A model generated the notes under the pieces. The model was not told where the DNA came from and ran no database searches. It saw nothing but the letters and a program-made list of their open reading frames with translations. From Chitinophagales bacterium (GTDB lineage Bacteria; Bacteroidota; Bacteroidia; Chitinophagales; LD1), in the NCBI GenBank assembly GCA_046329555.1, contig JAXLUK010000005.1, positions 91,186 to 155,185 on the forward strand: a DNA stretch of 64,000 nt, in the 5' to 3' direction. Positions 10,622-19,226 of this stretch are shown piece after piece. The translations under genes were made by a program, and so were the position numbers. Every line of letters starts with the position of its first letter. The stretch's first letter is position 1.

Positions 10622-12022
10622 TTAAAGGCCCAACCTGAAGCGCTCCAAGCGATCAGACAAGCCGCGAATCAAACTGCTGCTGCAAGCATAGTATAACAAT
10701 CCGGGAATGAAGCAGAACATACCGCGTTTGAAGGAGCTTTCCATCAGGCTGGAAATAGAGGCTTCCTGCCGGGTTTCGTCAATGAGATAGAAAACCATGA
10801 AGTAGATAACAAAGCTGATAGCCAAAAATAAAAGCAGTTGCGGCCGGTCGGTTTTCCAGTTGCGGAAATTCAGTAAGATGATCAGCACTGGCAGCATCAA
10901 TCCTAACCCGTACAACTGAATACCCGGTGGCATATTGCCAAATTGAATCCAACTAAAGTATGACAACACATAATTAGCCATCAGGCTGAGTTTTCCCATA
11001 CTCCAACCCAAATGATCGCCAAATCGTTCCCCTTGAGAGGTAGCTAATTTTAATTTAAGGTAGAGAGTCCAGATGATGATGGGCGTTAATACTGCGGCGC
11101 TGTATGTCAAAACATTTTTCCATGGTGAGGGTGCTGCGTTGCGCCGGTTCCAGGCGTCGAGAATCAATACTATGCCGCCGGCTATGGCAAAGCCGATGGT
11201 ATCATTTCGAATCCAAAGGGATAAAGCCATGAGGATGGCGGTGAGCCAGAAGTAGCGCTGCTCGCGGGTTTCCAGCAAGATGAAGAGCGCCAGGGTGGCA
11301 CCGCCTACATACATAGCCGTAGGCATATTACCCAACAGCAAGGCGGCGTGAGAATACATTTCCGGAACCATCTCTAATAACAAGGTGAAGAACAGCGCCA
11401 TCATGCTGCTCACATACCGCTTCATAAAGGCGTAGAAGCCCAACAGCATCGAACAGTAAAACAACGTAGTGATAATTTTGGGTTGATGCGCCCCGAACAA
11501 ATAGCAATACGCAATGCCTCCGTGGAACAGTGGTGGGTAGATACCGCCGGCTCCTTGAAGTCCGTATTGAAACAAGCTGATTTTTACGCGGCCTTCCAGT
11601 GCCATAACGATGCCGAGTTTATCAAACGAACCAATGGCATCGTGCTCGGTAGTTGGCCAATACAGATTTTTTTCGGTGATGATATACAGTAAAATAAGGA
11701 TGATGCTGAACAACAGAACGGCGGGATAATTGAGCGTTTTAAGCGACCAATTGCCCAGATGGATATCAGCTTTCTTTTTTTGCCAGAAGGCCATTAACGT
11801 ATCGTAGCCGGCAATAACAACAGCAAAGCTGGCGAAGAATAAAACAATGTTGGAAAACTGAAAACCGATGCTGTCGCAGATCACCATCACCACGGTTTCT
11901 ACCGCAATACCGATGGGAAACGAAAAGGCCAATAGTTCTTTCCAACTCCATTGCTGGCTGATGCGGGTAAGGATACCGGCGCCGGTGAGGTAAACCATTA
12001 ATAGTCCTACAAAAAGCAACAT
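10622..12022 (-). CDS. GT-C fold (ArnT/PMT-like) polytopic membrane glycosyltransferase
   Basis: About 12 TM helices, acidic loop WPTTEHDA, YPPLF, and IRND motif. Confidence 0.6.
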   Translation of the reverse strand: MLLFVGLLMVYLTGAGILTRISQQWSWKELLAFSFPIGIAVETVVMVICDSIGFQFSNIVLFFASFAVVIAGYDTLMAFWQKKKADIHLGNWSLKTLNYPAVLLFSIILILLYIITEKNLYWPTTEHDAIGSFDKLGIVMALEGRVKISLFQYGLQGAGGIYPPLFHGGIAYCYLFGAHQPKIITTLFYCSMLLGFYAFMKRYVSSMMALFFTLLLEMVPEMYSHAALLLGNMPTAMYVGGATLALFILLETREQRYFWLTAILMALSLWIRNDTIGFAIAGGIVLILDAWNRRNAAPSPWKNVLTYSAAVLTPIIIWTLYLKLKLATSQGERFGDHLGWSMGKLSLMANYVLSYFSWIQFGNMPPGIQLYGLGLMLPVLIILLNFRNWKTDRPQLLLFLAISFVIYFMVFYLIDETRQEASISSLMESSFKRGMFCFIPGLLYYACSSSLIRGLSDRLERFRLGL

Positions 12023-12633
12023 CAGTTATTGGTGGATTTAAATTTATCGAAATCGAGACCTTGCGGTTTTTGCGCCGGACCTAGCGCTGTGGCGCTGTCA
12101 ATTTTCGGCGGCTCTATAGAAAATACCGCTTCCGATGGTTGACTGGTAGGGGTGTATTTTAGTTTTTGGTAACCCCAACCATTCACTACGGCCACATGTG
12201 TTGCTTTGGCGTATAAATCGGCATGCGATGTTTTCCAGTCTTCGGAAACGCACAACCGCGGAAACAGGAAGTACTCCATGTATTCGGGGTCGTTGATCAG
12301 ATTGAATTCAGGGGTAGAATCGACGGCTGTTTTGGGCGGAAGTAAAATGACGGCATTCATGGGCGTGTGTTCGCGCAGGTATTGGATATACCAGTAATCT
12401 TCGATCTTAAAGAGTCGTTTATTCTCTAGCGTAAGCTCTTCCATGCCAGCATTAAGTCGGCGTGTTTCAATGCGGTCAATCAGTTGTTTGTTTCGGATGG
12501 CCATTTCGGTGATGGCCCAGTTGTAGCCCGGCACCGCCACATACAGCATTAGGATGAGCAGCAACAGCGCGAAGGTAAGCAGCAAGTTACGCCGGAACAC
12601 GGCATTAGCGCCCGTATTTTTAACATCAGACAT
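12022..12633 (-). CDS. Hypothetical membrane-anchored periplasmic protein, coupled to the GT-C gene
   Basis: Single N-terminal TM; its stop overlaps the start of the downstream gene at 12022. Confidence 0.6.
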   Translation of the reverse strand: MSDVKNTGANAVFRRNLLLTFALLLLILMLYVAVPGYNWAITEMAIRNKQLIDRIETRRLNAGMEELTLENKRLFKIEDYWYIQYLREHTPMNAVILLPPKTAVDSTPEFNLINDPEYMEYFLFPRLCVSEDWKTSHADLYAKATHVAVVNGWGYQKLKYTPTSQPSEAVFSIEPPKIDSATALGPAQKPQGLDFDKFKSTNN

Positions 12634-12846
12634 CTTAGCGAATATCGGATTCCTGCCGATAATGAACTAACGCGCTACGGGCAAATAGCGTGCACGGTGT
12701 AGCTTGTAGCGTACAGTACGCGGGCCTCAGGTTGTTGTTTTCATTTTTTAACTAGAAGACAGGTGTTGCTTCTTTATGTTTCGTTTCGAAAGCAATATGC
12801 TTTCCTCAACATGCTCTTTTCATTCACCTGGATAAAAACCTTAATC

Positions 12847-13224
12847 ATGGACGAAAATCAATTGTCGCACAAAATTATTGGAACGGCTATGGCGTTGCAC
12901 AAAGCGCTGGGGCCGGGTTTATTGGAATCTGCCTATGAAGCGGCTTTCGCTTTTGATTTAAGGGCGGCTGGTTTAAAAGTAATGACCCAGGTGCCAATGC
13001 CATTGGTTTATAAAGAAGTGAAACTGGATGTGGGCTACAGAATTGATTTACTTGTTGAAGACAAAGTTGTTATTGAGTTGAAATCAATAGAACATCTGGC
13101 CCCGGTGCATTTTGCACAAACCTTGACCTACTTAAAACTATCTGAGAAAAAGCTCGCCTTACTAATCAATTTTAATAACAGGCTTTTAAAGGATGGGATA
13201 CATCGGTTGGTGAACAATTTGTAG
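12847..13224 (+). CDS. GxxExxY protein (PD-(D/E)XK nuclease superfamily)
   Basis: LGPGLLESAYE (GxxExxY), RIDLLVEDKVVIELK, QTLTYLKL and LLINF motifs. ATG at 12847. Confidence 0.95.
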   Translation: MDENQLSHKIIGTAMALHKALGPGLLESAYEAAFAFDLRAAGLKVMTQVPMPLVYKEVKLDVGYRIDLLVEDKVVIELKSIEHLAPVHFAQTLTYLKLSEKKLALLINFNNRLLKDGIHRLVNNL

Positions 13225-13249
13225 CATTTGTTTAAGCGCGGAAGTTTAC

Positions 13250-13410
13250 ACGCAAAGAGCGCAGAGGATATTCACGCAAAGAGCGCAATGGTTTATACGC
13301 AAAGGGCGCAAAGGATATAAACGCAGAGAGCGCGAAGGATATACACGCAAAGTACGCAGAGGATGTACACGCAAAGAGCGCAATGGTTTATACGCAAAGA
13401 ACGCAAAGGA
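13250..13410 (+). repeat. Tandem repeat, 7 units of 23-24 bp, core ACGCAAAGAGCGCA(A/G)AGG
   Basis: Units start at 13250, 13274, 13297, 13321, 13345, 13369 and 13392. Confidence 0.95.
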
Positions 13411-13535
13411 CGGCCCTTTAGCTGGGGTTGGCATAGAAAAATCGGAATTAGTGAAACCTTTTTAAGCACCTGCCGTATTACTACTCACGAACACTTAACA
13501 ATTTCCGAAAGGAGTGGCTATTAAACTATTGCTAT

Positions 13536-13880
13536 ATGAAAAATTGTATTACCTGTGTTCTGTTGTTCCTCGGTTTGGCCGCCATGGCCAATACGGCTAA
13601 TGTAAGCTGGAACAATGCCGATTTTACCAAACACGTATTTAAAGTTAAAGCAACCATCAAGAAGGTAGGGAACGATTTTGTAATTGTTCCGGAAGAGAAT
13701 AAAAATCAGCAAATGACGCCTACCTACCTGCCTGATGAATACAAAATCAACGGATTGAAAGTAACTTTCGATGGCGATGTTTCCAGCGCTGATGCCACCT
13801 TGAATTTACGCAAGATTTGGGTGGAATACGAATTGAAAGAAAAATACCGCCTCGCACATAAGATGTACGAGTTGAATTAA
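13536..13880 (+). CDS. Small secreted hypothetical protein
   Basis: Signal peptide; LPDEYKINGLKVTFDG OB-fold-like motif. Confidence 0.7.
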   Translation: MKNCITCVLLFLGLAAMANTANVSWNNADFTKHVFKVKATIKKVGNDFVIVPEENKNQQMTPTYLPDEYKINGLKVTFDGDVSSADATLNLRKIWVEYELKEKYRLAHKMYELN

Positions 13881-13963
13881 GATACTGCCTGGCCTTGGCG
13901 CGAGCTTCGCAAGAGTCGGGTTAAGGCCGGCACAACAAATTACGCACCACCGCGCATGGTGCA

Positions 13964-13997
13964 GAAAGCCCGGGTTCACCCCGGGCTTTTCTTTTTT
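13964..13997. terminator. Bidirectional intrinsic terminator
   Basis: gaaagcccggg-ttcac-cccgggcttttc hairpin with a T-run, between convergent genes. Confidence 0.85.
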
Positions 13998-13999
13998 AG

Positions 14000-14680
14000 C
14001 TATTGGAAGTTTTTATACTCGATAACGTAGCTATCGGGGTACGTCTTTTTCACTTTTTGGCGCAGCACTTCGGCTTCTTCAGCAGTAGCGAAGTTACCGG
14101 CAAAAATCCGGTAGAGGTTGCCGCGCAGCAGTTTTACCGATTGGATGAAGCACCATTCGTTATACTGCTGTTTCATTTCTCTTGCAATATTAAAGGCCAG
14201 TTTGGCGTCTTCGTAACTGGCAATTTTTACGCCGAAGTTGAGGTGCGTGGATGTGTCGGTTTCCGTAACCATCATCATCCTGGGGGCGCCCGGCGCAGCA
14301 GTGACGGTATCTTTGGGCGGTGCAGCAGCCACATCGCTAACCACTTCATAAGATACTCTTGCGGTGCCTTGCTGCAGATAGCCTAGAATTTTCGCAGCAG
14401 ATTTAGAGAGATCCAGCAGCCGGCCTTTCACGTATGGGCCGCGGTCGTTCACACGCACAATTACTGATTTGTCATTATCGAGATTCGTAACTTTCAGGAC
14501 CGTGCCCATGGGTAGTGTTTTATGGGCGCAGGTGAGTTTTTTTTCGTCATACAGTTCACCACTGGCGGTTCTTTTACCGTTAAAATAGTCATGGTAAAAC
14601 GAGGCGGTTCCGGCCTCCTGAGAAAAAGCAGGAAGGCCAAAACTGCACAGGAAAAAAATAAGATGGAGCAGTTTTTTCAA
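14000..14680 (-). CDS. rlpA: Septal ring lytic transglycosylase RlpA (DPBB domain plus SPOR domain)
   Basis: ASFY...G.RTASGELY, AHKTLPMGT and VRVNDRGPY motifs plus a C-terminal SPOR domain. TTG at 14680 gives signal peptide MKKLLHLIFFL and removes the overlap with the next gene. Confidence 0.9.
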   Translation of the reverse strand: MKKLLHLIFFLCSFGLPAFSQEAGTASFYHDYFNGKRTASGELYDEKKLTCAHKTLPMGTVLKVTNLDNDKSVIVRVNDRGPYVKGRLLDLSKSAAKILGYLQQGTARVSYEVVSDVAAAPPKDTVTAAPGAPRMMMVTETDTSTHLNFGVKIASYEDAKLAFNIAREMKQQYNEWCFIQSVKLLRGNLYRIFAGNFATAEEAEVLRQKVKKTYPDSYVIEYKNFQ

Positions 14681-14715
14681 GGAAAGCAAATTACAAAAAG
14701 ATTCATCTTTGGGCA

Positions 14716-15786
14716 ATGAGCGTGCCACAATCGCCATTGTCGCAGTTTTCAAGGCGGCGTATTGCGTTGCCCATAGCCATTGGTGTAGCAGTATCGGTGT
14801 ATTTACTGTTTGGGATATCGCGCATTGATGTAGCGGCTTTGCGCGAGATAGCTTTGAGTAAGCATTTGTTGTTAGGATTAATTTTTGCGCTGGCCACGGT
14901 AGCCGTGCGCGATTTGGCCTATATCTATCGCATCAGGCGGTTGACGGGTGAGAAATTAAGCTGGCGCAAGTGTTTCGAGGTAATTTTTTTGTGGGAATTC
15001 GGTAGTAGTGTGACGCCGGCTTCCGTGGGAGGCATAACGCTGGCATTATTTATTTTGAAGAAGGAACATATTAGCTACGGCAAGGGAACGGCGGTAATCA
15101 TGTTGTGTTCTTACCTCGATAACATTGCCTTTGTTACTGTTTTTGCGCTGTTGTACCTGGCTATGGGGCCTGCCATGTTTGATTTATCGGCCAGTTGTGG
15201 CGCACTGGCTGAAAGTAGCGCTATTAGCGGGTTTCGGGCTGTAGGGCAATATGTTTGGATTGGCTTTTTGGTGGTGGCCGTGATTGGTGGCTTGTTGGGC
15301 TTCGCCATCTTTGTGCGGCCGCACTGGGCGCGCGGCGTAGTGCGTCGCGTGGCTGGATGGAGCTGGCTAAATCGCTGGCATGCACAACTGGAATTACTAG
15401 GCGATGAAATTGAAAACACCTCAAAAGAATTCAAACATCAGGGCAAGGGATTTCTAATATCTGTTTTGATGGCAACTATCGTGAGTTGGTGTGCGCGTTA
15501 TGCTTTGGCTAATGCCATCTTGTGGACTTTTAGCGATGGTGAGTTTTCGCAACTTGCCGTTTTTGCCCGGCAGTATGTGCACCGGGTGATTGTAATGATT
15601 CCCACTACACCCGGTGGCAGCGGTTTGGCAGAATGGTCGTTTATAGCCATGAATTGCGAGTTTATGAAGGAAGGGCTGGCCGGCGTTATTGCCACCGTAT
15701 GGCGGTTATTTAACTTCTATTTCTACATCGCTATGGGGTTACTCATTCTTCCCGGATGGCTCCGGCGCGTGCGCGAGGGCCAATAG
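14716..15786 (+). CDS. Lysylphosphatidylglycerol-synthase TM-region / UPF0104 flippase-like protein
   Basis: TPASVGG, IPTTPGGSGLAE and WRLFNFY motifs; multiple TM helices. Confidence 0.85.
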   Translation: MSVPQSPLSQFSRRRIALPIAIGVAVSVYLLFGISRIDVAALREIALSKHLLLGLIFALATVAVRDLAYIYRIRRLTGEKLSWRKCFEVIFLWEFGSSVTPASVGGITLALFILKKEHISYGKGTAVIMLCSYLDNIAFVTVFALLYLAMGPAMFDLSASCGALAESSAISGFRAVGQYVWIGFLVVAVIGGLLGFAIFVRPHWARGVVRRVAGWSWLNRWHAQLELLGDEIENTSKEFKHQGKGFLISVLMATIVSWCARYALANAILWTFSDGEFSQLAVFARQYVHRVIVMIPTTPGGSGLAEWSFIAMNCEFMKEGLAGVIATVWRLFNFYFYIAMGLLILPGWLRRVREGQ

Positions 15787-15847
15787 CTTTGTTTTTCCGG
15801 TGCTTTAGTTCCTTTTTATACCTTCGCCAGTCGTAAAAATCAAAACC

Positions 15848-17173
15848 ATGGGAGAAAAAATTTCGATTGTCAATGGGACGCTGAATGTTCCTAACAATCC
15901 GATTGTGCCCTTCATAGAGGGCGATGGAACCGGTCCGGATATCTGGCGGGCATCGGTTCGCGTTATTGATGCTGCTGTTGAGAAAGCTTATGGCGGCAAG
16001 CGCAAAATTGAATGGAAGGAGGTACTGGCCGGAGAAAAGGCCTTTAACCAAACCGGCAACTGGCTGCCTGATGAAACGCTGGCTGCGTTTAACGAGTATC
16101 TTGTCGGCATCAAAGGACCGCTTACTACGCCAGTAGGCGGTGGTATCCGTTCACTGAATGTGGCCTTGCGTCAAATTCTGGATTTGTATGTGTGTCTTCG
16201 TCCGGTGCGTTATTACGCTGGTACGCCTTCACCAGTGAAGCGGCCCGAAGCGGTAGAGATGACCATTTTCCGCGAGAACACCGAAGATATCTATGCGGGT
16301 ATAGAATACGTTGGCGGCAGTGCAGAAGCACAGTTGCTGTTAGATTTTCTAAAAACAAACTTTCCTAAAGATTTTGGGAAAATTCGCTTTGGCACGAAGG
16401 AGAAGGCGGCTGAGTTTTGGAGTAAAACGGGCTTGGCTGAAAGTTCCGATGTATGTGTAGGCTTGGGTATTAAGCCGGTGAGTAAATCAGGCAGTGTACG
16501 TTTGATTCAAAGTGCTATTGAGTATGCCATTAAGCACAAACGCAAGTCGGTGACCTTGGTACACAAGGGCAATATTATGAAGTATACGGAAGGTGGTTTC
16601 CGCGACTGGGGCTATGAGTTGGCCGAGCGCATGTATGGCGATAAGACCTATACCTGGAACACCTGGGAGAAAACGAAGAAAGAAAAGGGCGAAGCAGCGG
16701 CCAACGATGAAATGAAGGCAGCTGTGGCAGCGGGCAAGGTGATTGTTAAAGATGCGATTGCTGATATTGCCTTGCAGCAAGTATTGACACGGCCTGAAGA
16801 TTTTGATGTAATTGCAACATTAAATCTGAATGGTGATTATTTGAGTGATGCCTTGGCGGCTCAGGTAGGCGGTATTGGTATTGCTCCTGGTGCCAACATC
16901 AATTACATCACTGGTCATGCCATTTTTGAAGCCACACACGGCACCGCTCCCAAATACGCGAATTTGGATAAAGTGAATCCAGGTTCGGTTATTTTATCGG
17001 GCGCGATGATGTTGGAGTATTTTGGTTGGCTGGAAGCTTCTGAAATGATTCACCGTGGATTGGGCGGTGCCATTAATTCGAAACGCGTTACGTATGATTT
17101 CGCTCGCTTGATGGAAGGCGCTACAGAAATAAAGTGTTCTGCCTTCGGCGATGAAATCATCAAGAATTTCTAA
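15848..17173 (+). CDS. icd: NADP-dependent isocitrate dehydrogenase, E. coli-type dimer
   Basis: [49 protein letters not shown] and [12 protein letters not shown]. Confidence 0.97.
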   Translation: MGEKISIVNGTLNVPNNPIVPFIEGDGTGPDIWRASVRVIDAAVEKAYGGKRKIEWKEVLAGEKAFNQTGNWLPDETLAAFNEYLVGIKGPLTTPVGGGIRSLNVALRQILDLYVCLRPVRYYAGTPSPVKRPEAVEMTIFRENTEDIYAGIEYVGGSAEAQLLLDFLKTNFPKDFGKIRFGTKEKAAEFWSKTGLAESSDVCVGLGIKPVSKSGSVRLIQSAIEYAIKHKRKSVTLVHKGNIMKYTEGGFRDWGYELAERMYGDKTYTWNTWEKTKKEKGEAAANDEMKAAVAAGKVIVKDAIADIALQQVLTRPEDFDVIATLNLNGDYLSDALAAQVGGIGIAPGANINYITGHAIFEATHGTAPKYANLDKVNPGSVILSGAMMLEYFGWLEASEMIHRGLGGAINSKRVTYDFARLMEGATEIKCSAFGDEIIKNF

Positions 17174-17197
17174 ACAGCTATAGAACAAAATAGTAAT

Positions 17198-17228
17198 CCG
17201 GTGGCCCATGGTCTCCGGATTTTTTATT
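17198..17228. terminator. Putative terminator between icd and the convergent ArsR gene
   Basis: atccgg...ccggat stem followed by a T-run. Confidence 0.55.
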
Positions 17229-17565
17229 GCAGCACTATGGGGATGTTTTGTTGCAAGATCAGTTTATGGGCAATGAATAGATGGAACTGGCGCAGCTTGG
17301 TTAACGTTAATTCGTTAAGCTGGAAGTGCAGCAGTTTATCTTTTTCAAAGCAATAAAGCAGCTCCGCTGCTTTCATTTCATCAATATGCTGCCAGATGGT
17401 AGCAGAAGCCAAAGGGATAGCGTCAAGAATATGCACATAGCTGATGGTTTTATTTTCCAGCAGCAGATTAATAATTTCGAGACGTGCCGGGTGGCCAAAC
17501 GCCCGGGAAATGGCGGCAATTTCATTTTGCGCCGAGGGGAAGAGGTGTGTTTTTCGGGTGCCCAT
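17224..17565 (-). CDS. ArsR/SmtB-family winged-helix regulator lacking the usual Cys motif
   Basis: MGTRKT..F...QNEIA..SRAFGHPARLEII and LPLA-like IPLASATIWQH match the Bacteroidota ArsR pattern as I recall it; KTISYVHI replaces the C(I/V)CGD segment. ATG at 17565. Confidence 0.82.
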   Translation of the reverse strand: MGTRKTHLFPSAQNEIAAISRAFGHPARLEIINLLLENKTISYVHILDAIPLASATIWQHIDEMKAAELLYCFEKDKLLHFQLNELTLTKLRQFHLFIAHKLILQQNIPIVLQ

Positions 17566-17678
17566 AGATGAACGGATGAGCCACAAAATTATTGGTTAAG
17601 GGAAAACCACGTATTAAGTTTTGTTAAATAGTTATCCTTAAGCTATTTATCGATTGACATGAGCCTTCGTCTCCGCAT

Positions 17679-17854
17679 ATCGTATTATTGCGATAGTACG
17701 ATTCGATTAGCCAAAACCCGCACCACTGCTTGTTTACCGTACTATTGCGATTTTACGATTTAGGCTGAAACCCGCGCCACCGCTTGTTTACCGTACTATT
17801 GCGATTCTACGATTTGGCCGAAACCCGCATGAATGCTTATCGTAATATTGCGAT
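17679..17854 (+). repeat. Four-unit array of an ATCGYAATATTRCGAT-like palindromic motif upstream of the ArsR-family gene
   Basis: Motifs at 17679, 17736, 17790 and 17839 (spacing 57, 54, 49 bp). Same units as the arrays at 39.7-40.4 kb and 45.7-46.2 kb. Confidence 0.92.
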
Positions 17855-17943
17855 ACGACAAAAAAAGGGTAACCGGAAAACGCTAACACCCCAAAACTCG
17901 AATTAATCACCGGCGGCATGCACCTGTAAATAACATTATTGAT

Positions 17944-18164
17944 GGCGGCCGCCGCGCCCGCCTGCGTACCTTGGCGGGGTGCGGCGCCAGGTGCTCCACT
18001 CCCAAGGTTTTTTGGGTGGCGGCGGCGGCGGAAGACTTACGATATTTCAAACCGTATTTACCCCATGAAGGGCTATTTACTACAATATCGTAAGTCTCGC
18101 TCGCCGCTCCCCAAAAAACGCTTTCCGTTTCGCCCCTTGCCGCATTTTAGGAACCACTGCGCCA
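17944..18164 (+). repeat. Partial copy of the mosaic element's terminal hairpin module
   Basis: Close match to 45421-45660 (ggcggccgccgcg..., ctccactcccaagg, gacttacgatatt...aatatcgtaagtc); the first hairpin is half deleted. Confidence 0.93.
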
Positions 18165-18290
18165 GGCTCAAAAAATGGTGGAAATGCCCGATAATAAGTT
18201 TCAAATTGCTTCGCCCGATTTACCGCCATACGGCTATTTCCTCTAGTTCCAATTTTCAAACTAAGCCTTAGCTTTGCCGAAAACTCAGGA

Positions 18291-19223
18291 TTGCGCGTTT
18301 TCCATAGTATTACAGACCTGCCAAAATTCAATCATGCCGTCATCACCATCGGCACCTTCGATGGCGTTCATAAGGGTCATCAGCAAATCATTTCTCGCCT
18401 GCACGAACTGCGCCAGCAAGTGGCTGGTGAAAGCATTATTATCACCTTCCACCCTCATCCTCGCCTGGTCATCAATCCTCAGGATGCCAGCGTTCAATTG
18501 CTTAACACGATTGAAGAAAAAATCGCGCTTCTGGAAAAGTATGGGGTCGATAATGTAGTGGTAGTTCCCTTCTCTCGCGCCTTCTCTGAAATGGAAGCCG
18601 AAGAATATGTGGCTGATTTCCTCGTAAAAAATTTCCAGCCAAAAGCCATTGTAATCGGTTACGACCACCGCTTTGGGAAGAATCGCAGCGGCGGACTGGA
18701 ACTGCTGGAACAGTTGCAAGCGCGCTATCATTATCATCTGGAAGAAATCCCTAAACAGGAACTGGATGCCATCGCCATAAGCTCAACAAAAATCAGACAG
18801 GCGCTGAAAGATGGAGAAACAACATCAGCTAATGACTTGCTAGGGCATCGATACAGCATTTCAGGCGTAGTGGTAAAGGGGTTACAAAATGGAAGAAAGC
18901 TGGGATATCCAACCGCCAACATGCAATCTACCGATAACAACAAATTAATTCCCCGCAATGGAATTTATGCGGCAAGGGCGCTAGTACGCGGCCGCTGGCA
19001 CGGCGGATTGCTGAGTATTGGATACAATCCAACATTTAATGGCACCGCCAAAACAGTTGAGGTGAACATCCTTGATTTCAATGAAGAAATTTACGGAGAA
19101 ACCATCGCAGTTGAACTGATTCAATATATGCGCGATGAAAAGAAGTTCGATTCCATTGAATCGCTGATAGCCGCCATGGACGCAGATAAACTAGCCATTG
19201 AGGCGGTACTAAAAAATAGCTAA
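18291..19223 (+). CDS. ribF: Bifunctional riboflavin kinase/FAD synthetase
   Basis: TIGTFDGVHKGHQ, IGYDHRFG, ISSTKIR, GRKLGYPTAN and MRDEKKFDS. Confidence 0.97.
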   Translation: MRVFHSITDLPKFNHAVITIGTFDGVHKGHQQIISRLHELRQQVAGESIIITFHPHPRLVINPQDASVQLLNTIEEKIALLEKYGVDNVVVVPFSRAFSEMEAEEYVADFLVKNFQPKAIVIGYDHRFGKNRSGGLELLEQLQARYHYHLEEIPKQELDAIAISSTKIRQALKDGETTSANDLLGHRYSISGVVVKGLQNGRKLGYPTANMQSTDNNKLIPRNGIYAARALVRGRWHGGLLSIGYNPTFNGTAKTVEVNILDFNEEIYGETIAVELIQYMRDEKKFDSIESLIAAMDADKLAIEAVLKNS

Positions 19224-19226
19224 GCC

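Noticed and set aside
12660-12725. Short TAGCGT/GTAGC repeats upstream of GxxExxY as the inverted partner of the downstream array
   Set aside because: They are not complementary to the ACGCAAAG units and are too short and degenerate to call.
14681-14752. Head-to-head overlap of rlpA with the UPF0104 gene
   Set aside because: TTG at 14680 gives a normal signal peptide and removes the overlap.
17224-17565. Arsenic-resistance operon
   Set aside because: No arsC, acr3/arsB, arsM or DUF6428-type genes are adjacent, and the regulator lacks the Cys motif.
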